Of a DNA stretch of 64,000 bases, positions 19,275-28,230 are shown piece by piece. The notes under the pieces are model-generated. The model ran no database searches and was not told where the DNA came from. It was given only the letters and a program-made list of their open reading frames with translations. The position numbers were made by a program, and so were the translations under genes. The first letter of the stretch is position 1. Every line of letters begins with the position of its first letter. The stretch is from Thermoplasmatota archaeon. Lineage in GTDB: Archaea; Thermoplasmatota; E2; JACPAO01; JAHFTW01. Location of the stretch: positions 282,007-346,006 of the forward strand of contig JBFIHX010000003.1 of the NCBI GenBank assembly GCA_041601615.1, written 5' to 3'.

Positions 19275-20147
19275 GTGCGCGAGTACCACGACCGGTTGGT
19301 GTCCTGCGAGACCCTGTTCGAGAACCTAGACCAAGGCTGGGTGGTGTTCGATTGCCGACATGATCTTGCGGACGCTGAAGCAGGTCCCGGTGCCTACGCT
19401 CGTGGGCATATTCCGGGCTCGCTGCATGCGCATGTGGATCGCGATTTGAGCAGTCCCGTGGGAGACGGTGTGCGCGGTCGCCATCCTCTGCCGGACCCTG
19501 AGAAATTCGCGGCGTGGTTGCGTGCCTCCGGCGTCGACTCCGAGTCGCAAGTGGTGTGCTACGATGATGCTGGCGGAGCTTGGGCGGCGCGCCTTTGGTG
19601 GCTGCTTCGATTCTACGGCCACGGCCACGTCGCGGTTTTGGATGGTGGATTGCGCCGCTGGCAGGCGCTTGATTTGCCAGTGACGACCAAGATTCCGTCC
19701 ACCGTGGCCGGTTCATTCGAGGGCGACCCGGGGCGTATGCCAACCGTGGATGCACTGCGCATCGAGACCAACATAGGCAAGCGGCGCGAGGCGCTGCAAG
19801 TGGTGGATGCACGGGCTGCGGAGCGTTTTCGCGGCGATGTGGAGCCCTTGGATCCTGTGGCTGGGCATATTCCAGGCGCTCTGAACCTGCCGTTTGCCGG
19901 CAACGTTGGCTCGGACGGTCGGTTTCTGAGTCCGGACGAATTGCGTGCTCGTTACGAAGATGCGCTTGGGGTCCAGGAGGTGTCGCGGGTCGCGGTGTAT
20001 TGTGGCAGCGGTGTAACTGCCGCACACGACGTCCTGGCCATGGAGGTGGCGGGCATGGGAACGGCGTCGTTGTATCCCGGTTCTTGGAGTGAATGGTGCC
20101 AGCCTGCCGCCGGGCGAGCGGTGGAGACAGGGGACGCTCCAGTTTAG
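19275..20147 (+). CDS. sseA: Two-domain rhodanese / 3-mercaptopyruvate sulfurtransferase
   Basis: GHIPGS, GRHPLP, AARLWWLL, YCGSGVTA, LYPGSWSEW. Confidence 0.9.
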   Translation: MREYHDRLVSCETLFENLDQGWVVFDCRHDLADAEAGPGAYARGHIPGSLHAHVDRDLSSPVGDGVRGRHPLPDPEKFAAWLRASGVDSESQVVCYDDAGGAWAARLWWLLRFYGHGHVAVLDGGLRRWQALDLPVTTKIPSTVAGSFEGDPGRMPTVDALRIETNIGKRREALQVVDARAAERFRGDVEPLDPVAGHIPGALNLPFAGNVGSDGRFLSPDELRARYEDALGVQEVSRVAVYCGSGVTAAHDVLAMEVAGMGTASLYPGSWSEWCQPAAGRAVETGDAPV

Positions 20148-20548
20148 TCTCGTGTGGCTTCGGAATCGTCCAAGACGCCGGCTACGACCGCGATGCCGAG
20201 TGCTGAGTACGCCACGGCAAGTGCAAGGTTTCCGGTGACAGCGGCGTACCCCCATAGGTTCCATAGCACCACGGCCCAGGAGGAGAGGGTTGCAAACCAG
20301 AGGGCGGCGGGGACGTGGTAGGTTCGCAATGGATCAAGCAGGACGGCGGCCACGGCGAGCGCGACGACGCCTGCCTTGACGGCAATGAGCCCTCGCCAAC
20401 CGGCGCCGTCCAAAACGGGCTCTAGGAGGGGGTTGGATTCGGTTCCCCCCACGCGCAGCGCAAGGAGGGTGCTTGCTACGTCGAATGCCTGAGCACAAGC
20501 AAGCAACAGAAGCGGAATTCCGCAGCGTCGTAGCTTGTGGCCCGCCAT
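20144..20548 (-). CDS. DUF5658-like membrane protein
   Basis: D..ST...L..G..E.NP motif, 4 TM. Confidence 0.65.
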   Translation of the reverse strand: MAGHKLRRCGIPLLLLACAQAFDVASTLLALRVGGTESNPLLEPVLDGAGWRGLIAVKAGVVALAVAAVLLDPLRTYHVPAALWFATLSSWAVVLWNLWGYAAVTGNLALAVAYSALGIAVVAGVLDDSEATRD

Positions 20549-20606
20549 GAGGAGGTTGTTTTGTTGGCGACCTTGAAGAGCCCATGGGGCAGGTGCGGAA
20601 GGAGCG

Positions 20607-21089
20607 TCAGCCGCCGTAGATCAAGCGGCCTAGGGCGCTGAAGCCGGCGACGAATGCCGTGAACCAAATCATTTGGGCGATGGCGCCAAGCACGAGGCCG
20701 ATGACGGCCATGGGGCGGCCTTTGAGTTTGCCGGGGCCGGTTTGTGCGATGCCGCCGATGCCGAGGGCGAGGGCGACGATGCCGGCGATGGGGATGAACA
20801 CAAGGAGGCCTAGTACGAGGCTGGCGATGGCGAGGCCGCTGTACTCTTTGTTCTCGGCCTTTTTTTGGGCCTTTTTCTCGGCTTCGGCCGTGGCTTTGGC
20901 AAGTTCCGCGCCGGGTGCTGCGAATCCTTGGGATTGGAACGTGTAGCTCCCGGTTCCTGCCGTGTAGCTGCCGGTACCTGCGTCGCCTGGAACGCGTCCG
21001 CCTCCGAATCCGCATACGGGACAGTTTGCGTCGGCGCCGGGAGCGGCCCGGAACGAGGACGCGCAGCGGGGACAGACGACCTCAACCAC
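20607..21089 (-). CDS. Zn-ribbon + DUF4190-like membrane protein
   Basis: CPRC/CPVC; LAIASLVLG...KGRPMAVIGLVLG. Confidence 0.75.
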   Translation of the reverse strand: MVEVVCPRCASSFRAAPGADANCPVCGFGGGRVPGDAGTGSYTAGTGSYTFQSQGFAAPGAELAKATAEAEKKAQKKAENKEYSGLAIASLVLGLLVFIPIAGIVALALGIGGIAQTGPGKLKGRPMAVIGLVLGAIAQMIWFTAFVAGFSALGRLIYGG

Positions 21090-21309
21090 GGGTCATCGAG
21101 TCAAGGCTGCGCTTGAAGGGTTTGCGGGTGGACCGTTTGTGTTCCCGCCACCATGGCCCAGGCGGAAGACGCATAATCACAGCTCGGGCAAGTGTGTCAA
21201 TTGTTCAAGCGTGGCGGCGGATAACCGGAGGGTGCAGGCGAGCGGAATCGGATGGGAGGAAGAGGTCCGGAAGCAAGCACGGACACAAGCGTTGGCCTGC
21301 TGCACACAA

Positions 21310-21333
21310 CTGGGCGACACAAAACGTCATCAA
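21310..21333 (+). promoter_or_regulatory. Conserved promoter/operator box, copy 1
   Basis: CTGGGCGACACAAAACGTCATCAA, 22 bp before the ATG; 23/24 identical to copy 2. Confidence 0.7.
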
Positions 21334-21355
21334 CCGAGACAAGGTTGTTGCGCCG

Positions 21356-22294
21356 ATGCGCGCGGCCTTGGTGCTCGTACTGCTTGCCCTGACTTCCCTT
21401 TCCGGATGTGCCGAGAACGGCCCGAAGGACGAAGGCGGCGACCCATACGACGATTTCGAATACGAAAAGGACTCGGAAACGGGAGTCATCCTGGGCGTTG
21501 TGGTTGACCAGGCGATTGTTCCGGTGGCCGACGCAACCGTGACCGTGGAGGTGGGCGGCAATCAGCTCACCAAAACCAGCGACCAGAACGGACGCTTCGT
21601 GTTTGCGGGCCTAGAGCCCGGCACCTACTTCGTGGTGGCCAAGAAAATCGCCTATGAGCCCGTCCAATCCAGCGTCGTAGTGGTGGCGGGCGTCGAAGAA
21701 CCTCCGATTCTCAAGTTGCAAATTGAGCGCCTCTTCAACCAAGACCCATACATGCAGACCCAGCGGTTTGCCGGCTTCGTGGGTTGCGCGTACAGTCTCA
21801 TTTTGATCAGCAGCACCTGTGTCAACGACTACACCCGCGTTGATCCCACCGGAACCTGCCCCAACGGCTGCCTGCCGCAGACGACGGGCGTCGTGGACCA
21901 GCGCGAATACCGCAGTGAAGTCAATGCCGGTTGGCAGACGATTTTGTGGGAAATGGTCTGGGATAGCAGTGTGAGCGGCACGGCCGAACAAATGGCCATC
22001 ACTGTAAGCTACGCCGAGCGCGTGGGTGCAGGCCACTGGTATGCAAGTTCCCGCATGCCCCAGCCGTACCGGATGCAAGTGAACGTTGGAGAGCCCGGCC
22101 CCGGCGCTCAGATTCCCGCCGACACGCCCGAATTCATTGACCCCGAAGGCCAAGACAACCTCTGGAACATGATCGGCGCCGGCCCGAGCGATGTGGCCGT
22201 TCAGCAAGAAGTGGAGATCTTCCAGAGCAACTTCTACTTCGGGCAGCCTCCGGAAGGATGGGCGCTTCTCAACGGCGACGAGAACCCCTTCTAG
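21356..22294 (+). CDS. Lipoprotein with carboxypeptidase-regulatory-like (transthyretin-like) domain, paralog A
   Basis: LSGC lipobox; GVVVDQAIVPV...GRFVF..LEPGTY. Confidence 0.85.
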   Translation: MRAALVLVLLALTSLSGCAENGPKDEGGDPYDDFEYEKDSETGVILGVVVDQAIVPVADATVTVEVGGNQLTKTSDQNGRFVFAGLEPGTYFVVAKKIAYEPVQSSVVVVAGVEEPPILKLQIERLFNQDPYMQTQRFAGFVGCAYSLILISSTCVNDYTRVDPTGTCPNGCLPQTTGVVDQREYRSEVNAGWQTILWEMVWDSSVSGTAEQMAITVSYAERVGAGHWYASSRMPQPYRMQVNVGEPGPGAQIPADTPEFIDPEGQDNLWNMIGAGPSDVAVQQEVEIFQSNFYFGQPPEGWALLNGDENPF

Positions 22295-22344
22295 GGCCCC
22301 CGACCGCACTGCAGCCGCGCCGGCAGGAGCCACCAAGGATTCGC

Positions 22345-22368
22345 CTGGGCGACACAAAATGTCATCAA
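22345..22368 (+). promoter_or_regulatory. Conserved promoter/operator box, copy 2
   Basis: CTGGGCGACACAAAATGTCATCAA containing GACA-N5-TGTC, 22 bp before the ATG. Confidence 0.7.
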
Positions 22369-22390
22369 TCCCAGCCGGAGTCCTCGTGCG

Positions 22391-23335
22391 ATGCGTGCGA
22401 TGTTCATCGTTGCGGTGCTCGCCTTTGCGACTCTCGCGGGATGCGCCGACCCAGCCCCTACCGGAACCGATGAGCCTGACGGGTTCAAGGACGTCAAAGT
22501 GGAGGTGGACGAACAGCACGGAGTCATCCTTGGCGTCGTGGTGGACCAAGCCATCGTTCCGATCGCGGACGTGAAGGTATCCACCGACGTGGGCGGAAAA
22601 ACCATCGAAAAAACCACGGACGCCCAGGGGCGCTTTGTCTTTGACCGTGTACCGGAAGGGACCTACTTCCTGACCTCCGAAAAGCTCGGCTACGAAGCAA
22701 GCCAGATCAGCGCCACGGTCGTTGCCGGCGTCAAGGACCCTGCGGTTTTGAAAATCCAAATGGCGGCCACGTTCAGCGGCACTCCGTACATGGTGCCGTT
22801 CCAGTTCACGGGCTTCATCGCGTGCAGCTACTCGTACTCCGGGGGCGTCGGAATCAACGCACCTTGCATCACCGATTACACCTCCATTGGCTACCCCGGC
22901 GGCGCAGCGCCCATTCTTCGCGAAATCCAAGGAGACAGCCGCGACTGGCTCACCGAGGTCAACCCCGGCTGGAAGAGCCACGTCACGGAAATGGTCTGGG
23001 AAGCAAGTGCCCAGGGAACCTCAGACCGACTCGGTGTCACCATAAGCTTCGAGGGTCGCACCGCAAGCCACTGGTACAGCTCCGATGGCGGCCCGTCGCC
23101 TTTGCTTTCCCGGCTCGACCAAGGCACCACCCACCCCACAAATCAGGGTGACCCAGCGCAAGTGCCCGAAGAAGGACTGCCCAATTTGTTGTCCTTTGTG
23201 GGCGTGCGCCGACCCGATGGGGAAATACTCGCCTTGGCCGTCGAACAGGAGTTTGAGTCCTTCACGCACACGTTCTACAACCTCGGTGCGCCGGAAGGAT
23301 GGTCTTTCATCGCCGGCGACGGAAACCCGTTCTAA
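22391..23335 (+). CDS. Lipoprotein with carboxypeptidase-regulatory-like domain, paralog B
   Basis: LAGC lipobox; colinear with paralog A through to PEGW....GD.NPF. Confidence 0.85.
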   Translation: MRAMFIVAVLAFATLAGCADPAPTGTDEPDGFKDVKVEVDEQHGVILGVVVDQAIVPIADVKVSTDVGGKTIEKTTDAQGRFVFDRVPEGTYFLTSEKLGYEASQISATVVAGVKDPAVLKIQMAATFSGTPYMVPFQFTGFIACSYSYSGGVGINAPCITDYTSIGYPGGAAPILREIQGDSRDWLTEVNPGWKSHVTEMVWEASAQGTSDRLGVTISFEGRTASHWYSSDGGPSPLLSRLDQGTTHPTNQGDPAQVPEEGLPNLLSFVGVRRPDGEILALAVEQEFESFTHTFYNLGAPEGWSFIAGDGNPF

Positions 23336-23410
23336 CACGGATCTCGCCGGGTACATTCGCTTCCGTCTCCCCCCTCTTACCTTTCAAGTTCCCGGCGGCG
23401 ATCCTGGGGT

Positions 23411-23632
23411 ATGGCCACAAGCACGCTTGTCCTAGTCGTCCTCGCCGCCAGCCTCCTTTCGGTGGTGCCCACCGCAACGGCACACGAGGTCTGCGCTCCG
23501 ACTCCGCCTACCCAACCTACCGTAGATATTTGCAGTGGCGATGACACTTGCATGCCTGGAATCGATCCATGCCTACACAACCGATACTGCGTCCGGGTCA
23601 ACTCCATCGGTCCCTGCTTGACCCTGCTATGA
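23411..23632 (+). CDS. Small secreted Cys-rich peptide
   Basis: Signal peptide ending ATA; 6 Cys in a ~49 aa mature region. Confidence 0.65.
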   Translation: MATSTLVLVVLAASLLSVVPTATAHEVCAPTPPTQPTVDICSGDDTCMPGIDPCLHNRYCVRVNSIGPCLTLL

Positions 23633-24934
23633 TAGGTCGGGCAAACGGAAATCCGCCTTGCCTGGGTCCGTAACGCGCGCCGCCCACCCGGTGGGCCTCG
23701 GTTCGTCGCAGGGGCTCATCAGGAGACCAGATCGTAGTTTGGGTACGAAGTACGTCGCTTTTTGCGGCATCAAGTGCCCCTCGCTTGCAACATCGAGCAC
23801 AGCTTCCACGGGTTCGCCCGCGAGCAGCACCACGGCGGGGAATTCGCCGCTGCGTACGCGCTGCACCGCTTCTACGTCGCTCCGGGTGTACTTCAGGTGC
23901 TCTTCGACGTTCTCGGGCACGAGTCCCCAGGAGGCTTGCAGGAGGTGGTCGTGCAGGATGGTGACGGCGAGCCGGTCGAGCGTGCCACGCCCTTGGTCCA
24001 GCGCCACGTCGTCGCGGAGCGAGAGTTTCCAGGCGCGAACGGTGCCCGCTTCAAGACCGGCGACCGTGACGATCTTCGGGTCGTTGTTTACGGCGGCGCG
24101 CAGGGCCGCGGCTGCTGCCTCGTCGCTCTCGGGTAGGTTCATTTCTTCGGCGTTCCAGCGTTGTGCGGCTGCGATTGCGGCTGCCAGGGACGGGAATGGG
24201 TAGTCAATGATGAGTCGATCCGTGGGCTTGATGCTAAGCCCGGCGTCCGAATCCCGCACCAGACAAACTAGGATGCTGCCGTCTTCGTCGCGGCCGGTCT
24301 CTTGCCAGTGCTTGAGTTGGGTCGCGTAGCGGTGGTGGCCGTCTGCGATGACCACGGTGCGGTCGTCAAATTGCGCAGTAACTTCTTCCACGGCCTCGCT
24401 GCGATCCACGCGCCACAAAACGTGCTCCATGCCTTCCTCGTCGCGCAAACGCGCCAATTCGTCGAAGGCGCTGCCGCGAAGGACTTCCTCGACCCAGCCG
24501 CGCTCATCGCGGTAGAGCATCCAAATCGATTCCAAGTTGGTGTCTGTGGTGCGTAGGATTTCGAGGCGGTCGCTGCGCTTTTTCGGGAGCGTGTGCTCGT
24601 GGCGGCGGATGGTTTCGTAGTCGGGATCCACGGCGATGCGTGCAAAGAAACCGGTCATGACGCCGCCCGCGTGGTGGACTTCGTATAGGTAGTACCCGGC
24701 TTTTTCATCGCGGGCAATGGTGCCGTCTGCCTGCCATTTTTTGAGTGTCTCGGCGCAAGCTCGGTAGCGACCTTCATCGCCCTTGGGGAGCGTCAATTCG
24801 CAGATGTTGTGCGCATCGGCAGCAACGAAAGCATCCCGTTCTTCCGCCGTGAGCACATCGTGCGGCGGGCTCGTAACAGAAGAAATATCGTCGCGGGTGT
24901 ACCGGAGGGCACGGAAGGGGGCAATCTGGACCAC
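23627..24934 (-). CDS. DUF1015 family protein
   Basis: PFRALRY, SPPHDV, HEHT, IADGHHRY, MPQKATYFVPKL.SGL. Confidence 0.9.
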   Translation of the reverse strand: MVQIAPFRALRYTRDDISSVTSPPHDVLTAEERDAFVAADAHNICELTLPKGDEGRYRACAETLKKWQADGTIARDEKAGYYLYEVHHAGGVMTGFFARIAVDPDYETIRRHEHTLPKKRSDRLEILRTTDTNLESIWMLYRDERGWVEEVLRGSAFDELARLRDEEGMEHVLWRVDRSEAVEEVTAQFDDRTVVIADGHHRYATQLKHWQETGRDEDGSILVCLVRDSDAGLSIKPTDRLIIDYPFPSLAAAIAAAQRWNAEEMNLPESDEAAAAALRAAVNNDPKIVTVAGLEAGTVRAWKLSLRDDVALDQGRGTLDRLAVTILHDHLLQASWGLVPENVEEHLKYTRSDVEAVQRVRSGEFPAVVLLAGEPVEAVLDVASEGHLMPQKATYFVPKLRSGLLMSPCDEPRPTGWAARVTDPGKADFRLPDLS

Positions 24935-24972
24935 AAGCGGCGCACGGGGCGGGTGCAATTGAATGGATTGGC

Positions 24973-25578
24973 CTACGGCCGGGCTGGCCGGGACTGATTT
25001 TGCACCTGCGCCAACCGCGCACACACCGCGTCCGCATCAGGGGCAGCAAACAAAACCACGGCCCGCACGTCCTGGCCGGCGAGGTTCTGCCAGAGGCGCT
25101 TTGCCGTCTCGTCTCGTCGCCCTATCAGCCATGTGCGCAGCTCCGGCACGCGCAGGACGTAGTGGTCCACGAACCGCTCCATGGCGGCTTGGCTCGTGGC
25201 GGCCTCGAAGCCCTCCTTTTTGACCAGTTTGTCCAATTTTTTCAAGCCCTTCTTGGGTGGTTCCGTGCCTTCCGCGTGGATGACGCCGACACGGGTGCCG
25301 GTGCGTGTTGCCCACGCCTTCGCTTCTCGCCAGAGCACATCGGGGCGCGTGCCGGCGCCGGTCGCCTTGACTGCCCCTAGGAGGCGTTCGTTGTAGGGAT
25401 CAAGGTGGCCCGCGCGAACACTGTCCCAATCGGCGCGGCTGCGGTCAAGCAGCAGAAGCGGCGGTCGCAGGGCGTCGAGGGTGGCGATGGCGGCGGCGGC
25501 CTCCTTGGGGTCGTGCGGGGCGGCTTCGAGCACTTGCAAAGTTGCGCGTCCCAGTTGCACAAACCGAGGTGCCTTCAT
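24973..25578 (-). CDS. Hypothetical protein
   Basis: ATG overlaps upstream stop; host-like codon usage. Confidence 0.6.
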   Translation of the reverse strand: MKAPRFVQLGRATLQVLEAAPHDPKEAAAAIATLDALRPPLLLLDRSRADWDSVRAGHLDPYNERLLGAVKATGAGTRPDVLWREAKAWATRTGTRVGVIHAEGTEPPKKGLKKLDKLVKKEGFEAATSQAAMERFVDHYVLRVPELRTWLIGRRDETAKRLWQNLAGQDVRAVVLFAAPDADAVCARLAQVQNQSRPARP

Positions 25579-26114
25579 TCCCCACCGTAATGGGGCCCGC
25601 GCAGGGTCGCCCACTTACCCGCGATGTGGTCGCGGCGGTACCCGAGGTAGCGCTGGCCGTTATGGTAGGCCATTTCGGCGATGGCCTCGTCGTCCGTTTT
25701 GACGACCTTGCATGGAACGCCCACGGCGAGGCTACGCGGGGGAATCTGGAAACCGTTCGGAACCACCGCTCCGGCGCCCACGACGCTGTGGTGGCCAACG
25801 ACCGCCTTGTCGAGGACGGTGGCGTTCATGCCAATGATCGAATGGGCGCCGATGGTGGCTCCGTGGATGACGGCGCCGTGCCCGACGCTCGCTTCTTCCT
25901 CAATGACCACGGGGTTGCCCGCGTGCGTGTGCAGGACGACACAGTCTTGCACGTTGCTGCCACGCCGCATGGTCAAGGGCTCAATGTCGCCGCGCAGCAC
26001 TGCGTTGGGGCCAATGAAGCAATCTGCCTCCACTTCGACTTGCCCAATCAGCACCGCGCCCTCGCAGATGTACGCACTTGGGTGCACCCGTGGGGCGACG
26101 GGGGTCCGGTCCAT
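25575..26114 (-). CDS. Gamma-carbonic anhydrase family hexapeptide-repeat protein
   Basis: AVLRGD, SNVQD..VLH, VGHGAVIHG, IGMNA. Confidence 0.92.
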   Translation of the reverse strand: MDRTPVAPRVHPSAYICEGAVLIGQVEVEADCFIGPNAVLRGDIEPLTMRRGSNVQDCVVLHTHAGNPVVIEEEASVGHGAVIHGATIGAHSIIGMNATVLDKAVVGHHSVVGAGAVVPNGFQIPPRSLAVGVPCKVVKTDDEAIAEMAYHNGQRYLGYRRDHIAGKWATLRGPHYGGE

Positions 26115-26155
26115 GTTCACAATCATTAAGCCGTGGCGCCGGGGATAGCGGTTTC

Positions 26156-27265
26156 GTGCGAAGCGCGGCGCTGATCCTACTTCTGTTGGGTGTGACTCTC
26201 TCGGGTTGCTTTGGCGGCAACGAGGTCGCGACTCCGGACGATGTGTGCGAGGACGAGCAGGTCTTGTGTGATCCGGAGCAATACTTCGGGGACCACTTCT
26301 GCGAGAAAAACGACGTGCGACCCCGCATCTATGCCCCCGACACCAAAGGCCCTGATAGCGACGCAAACCCCTGGGTCATCGGCGACTACTGGGAATACAG
26401 CCTCAAAGTCAATGACGAAGATTTGGGCAAAACCAAGCTCGTCTACTACGCCATCCAGGACCAGGGTGCTCACTACATGGCCGGAACGCCGACCCGCGAG
26501 GAAGCGCTCCAGCACGCACTGTTCAGCACCAATCCCGTCATCGGCCGTGTTCACCGAACCCTCTATTCGCCCCACGAATCAGGCAGCCACGCGGACATGT
26601 TCTTGTTCCCGTTGTGCCAAGGCAGCACTTGGAAGGACACGTTCTTTGGCACTGAATTTACCTTCAGGGCAAGCCGCCAAACCATCAACTTGCCCGATGG
26701 CAGCAGCGACCCGCTCGGCTTCCTTATCAAAGGCACCGCCACGGACGGTAGCAGGGTCGAACACACCTACAGCCCCATGGCGAAGTGGTTCACGGCCATC
26801 CACCTAGACCGCGCCGACGGCGAAAGCGTCGACATGGACCTCACCGACACGGGCTCCGGCTACAAGGGCAAAGCCTACTTCCTGCGTGGCCAAAAAGACG
26901 AATCGTTCGACTTGTCCACGTTCAGCAGCAGCCGCTCGGAAGTTGTGGTTCGAGAGGACGGCAAAGAAGGTCCCTACGACAAAATCGGCCTCCACATTGA
27001 CGTGGAACGCACGGAAGGCACCGGTCGTGTGGACGTGCGCATCATGGATCCAGGCGGCAACGTCGCGGCGTGCATGACGCTCGTCGGAAGTGGCCCCGCC
27101 GGAGGTTCTGTCCCGGCCGGCTGCTCGGCGAGTGAAATCATCATGGAAACAGCCTACCTTCCCGGCGACTGGACCGTCGAAGTGCAGTTGCCAGTGCTGG
27201 GCGGAACACGCATCAGTGGCGATGTACGCCTCGTGTCCATCTACGACCGCAGTGGCACCGCGTAG
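26156..27265 (+). CDS. Lipoprotein, hypothetical
   Basis: LSGC lipobox; W..GDYWEY and FPL..G.TW motifs also seen in 50759-52564. Confidence 0.8.
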   Translation: MRSAALILLLLGVTLSGCFGGNEVATPDDVCEDEQVLCDPEQYFGDHFCEKNDVRPRIYAPDTKGPDSDANPWVIGDYWEYSLKVNDEDLGKTKLVYYAIQDQGAHYMAGTPTREEALQHALFSTNPVIGRVHRTLYSPHESGSHADMFLFPLCQGSTWKDTFFGTEFTFRASRQTINLPDGSSDPLGFLIKGTATDGSRVEHTYSPMAKWFTAIHLDRADGESVDMDLTDTGSGYKGKAYFLRGQKDESFDLSTFSSSRSEVVVREDGKEGPYDKIGLHIDVERTEGTGRVDVRIMDPGGNVAACMTLVGSGPAGGSVPAGCSASEIIMETAYLPGDWTVEVQLPVLGGTRISGDVRLVSIYDRSGTA

Positions 27266-27279
27266 CAGGAAACCGGAAC

Positions 27280-28230
27280 CTAACGCACGCGCACGTCGTG
27301 GACCTTCCCAGACATCGAAATGATGCGGCCCGCCGGCCCCGGCTTGACCTTCTCGCCGGTCTCGGGGTCCGATGCGTGCCGGAAGAACTCCTCCACCCAC
27401 GCACGAAACACGTCCGGTTCATCGTGGCTGCGCTCCATTTCAGTCAGCGCCTTGTGGGCGCGGGGGTCGGAGGCGAATGGTTCCAATTTGGCAAAGTCCA
27501 CGGCGGTCTTGAGAGGCAACTCGCGTCCCATTTCCGAGCGCCGAACCATAAGAAATCCAATCACCAGTCCAGCCGCCAACCCTCCAAGGTGGGCTGCAAA
27601 CGCGATGTTGCTGCTGTTGCCACTGACCCACAGGTACGCGGTTTGGAGGCCGGCGCCAATCATGGCGAACACCAATACGGGTGCGCGGATCCAGAAGAAA
27701 ATCGGACCGCCGGGAATGGGTAGCCGCATCCGTTCCTTGGGGTATGCGCCGCCAAATCCGCCGAGGATTCCAAACACAGCGCCCGATGCACCTACGAGGC
27801 GAATCGGATCGCCCCAGCCGATGCCCACTTGCAAGAGTGCCGCAAACGCCCCGGTGAGCAGGTAGAGGATGGTGAAGCGGCGGTGACCGATGCGTTCCTC
27901 GAACGGCATGCCGAAGATGAGCAGCATCAGCATGTTGCCGAAAATGTGGCCCGCGTCGGCGTGGATGAACATGCTCGTAACGAGTCGCAGACCCGCCACG
28001 GGTTTCGCCGCGTACAAATCGGAGCCGTTGAGCGCCAACTCCAGAAGCACCGTCGGCGCTCGAAACAGATGGGTGCCTTGCACCACTTGGTCGGGGCCAA
28101 ACGCGGTCAGCACGAACACGAGCACGTTGGTGATGACAAGTGCGCCCACGGCGAGGAACCGGCCGCTGAATGCGACGACGATTCCGGCGACGATGATGGC
28201 GATGGCAAGAAGGGATACGAAAGAGAACAT
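27280..28230 (-). CDS. Rhomboid family intramembrane serine protease
   Basis: TSMFIH...HIFGNM, GASGA, AHLGG. Confidence 0.93.
   Translation of the reverse strand: MFSFVSLLAIAIIVAGIVVAFSGRFLAVGALVITNVLVFVLTAFGPDQVVQGTHLFRAPTVLLELALNGSDLYAAKPVAGLRLVTSMFIHADAGHIFGNMLMLLIFGMPFEERIGHRRFTILYLLTGAFAALLQVGIGWGDPIRLVGASGAVFGILGGFGGAYPKERMRLPIPGGPIFFWIRAPVLVFAMIGAGLQTAYLWVSGNSSNIAFAAHLGGLAAGLVIGFLMVRRSEMGRELPLKTAVDFAKLEPFASDPRAHKALTEMERSHDEPDVFRAWVEEFFRHASDPETGEKVKPGPAGRIISMSGKVHDVRVR

Noticed and set aside
21139-21507. Small CxxC-containing ORF
   Set aside because: Overlaps the next lipoprotein gene by ~150 bp and has no convincing start.
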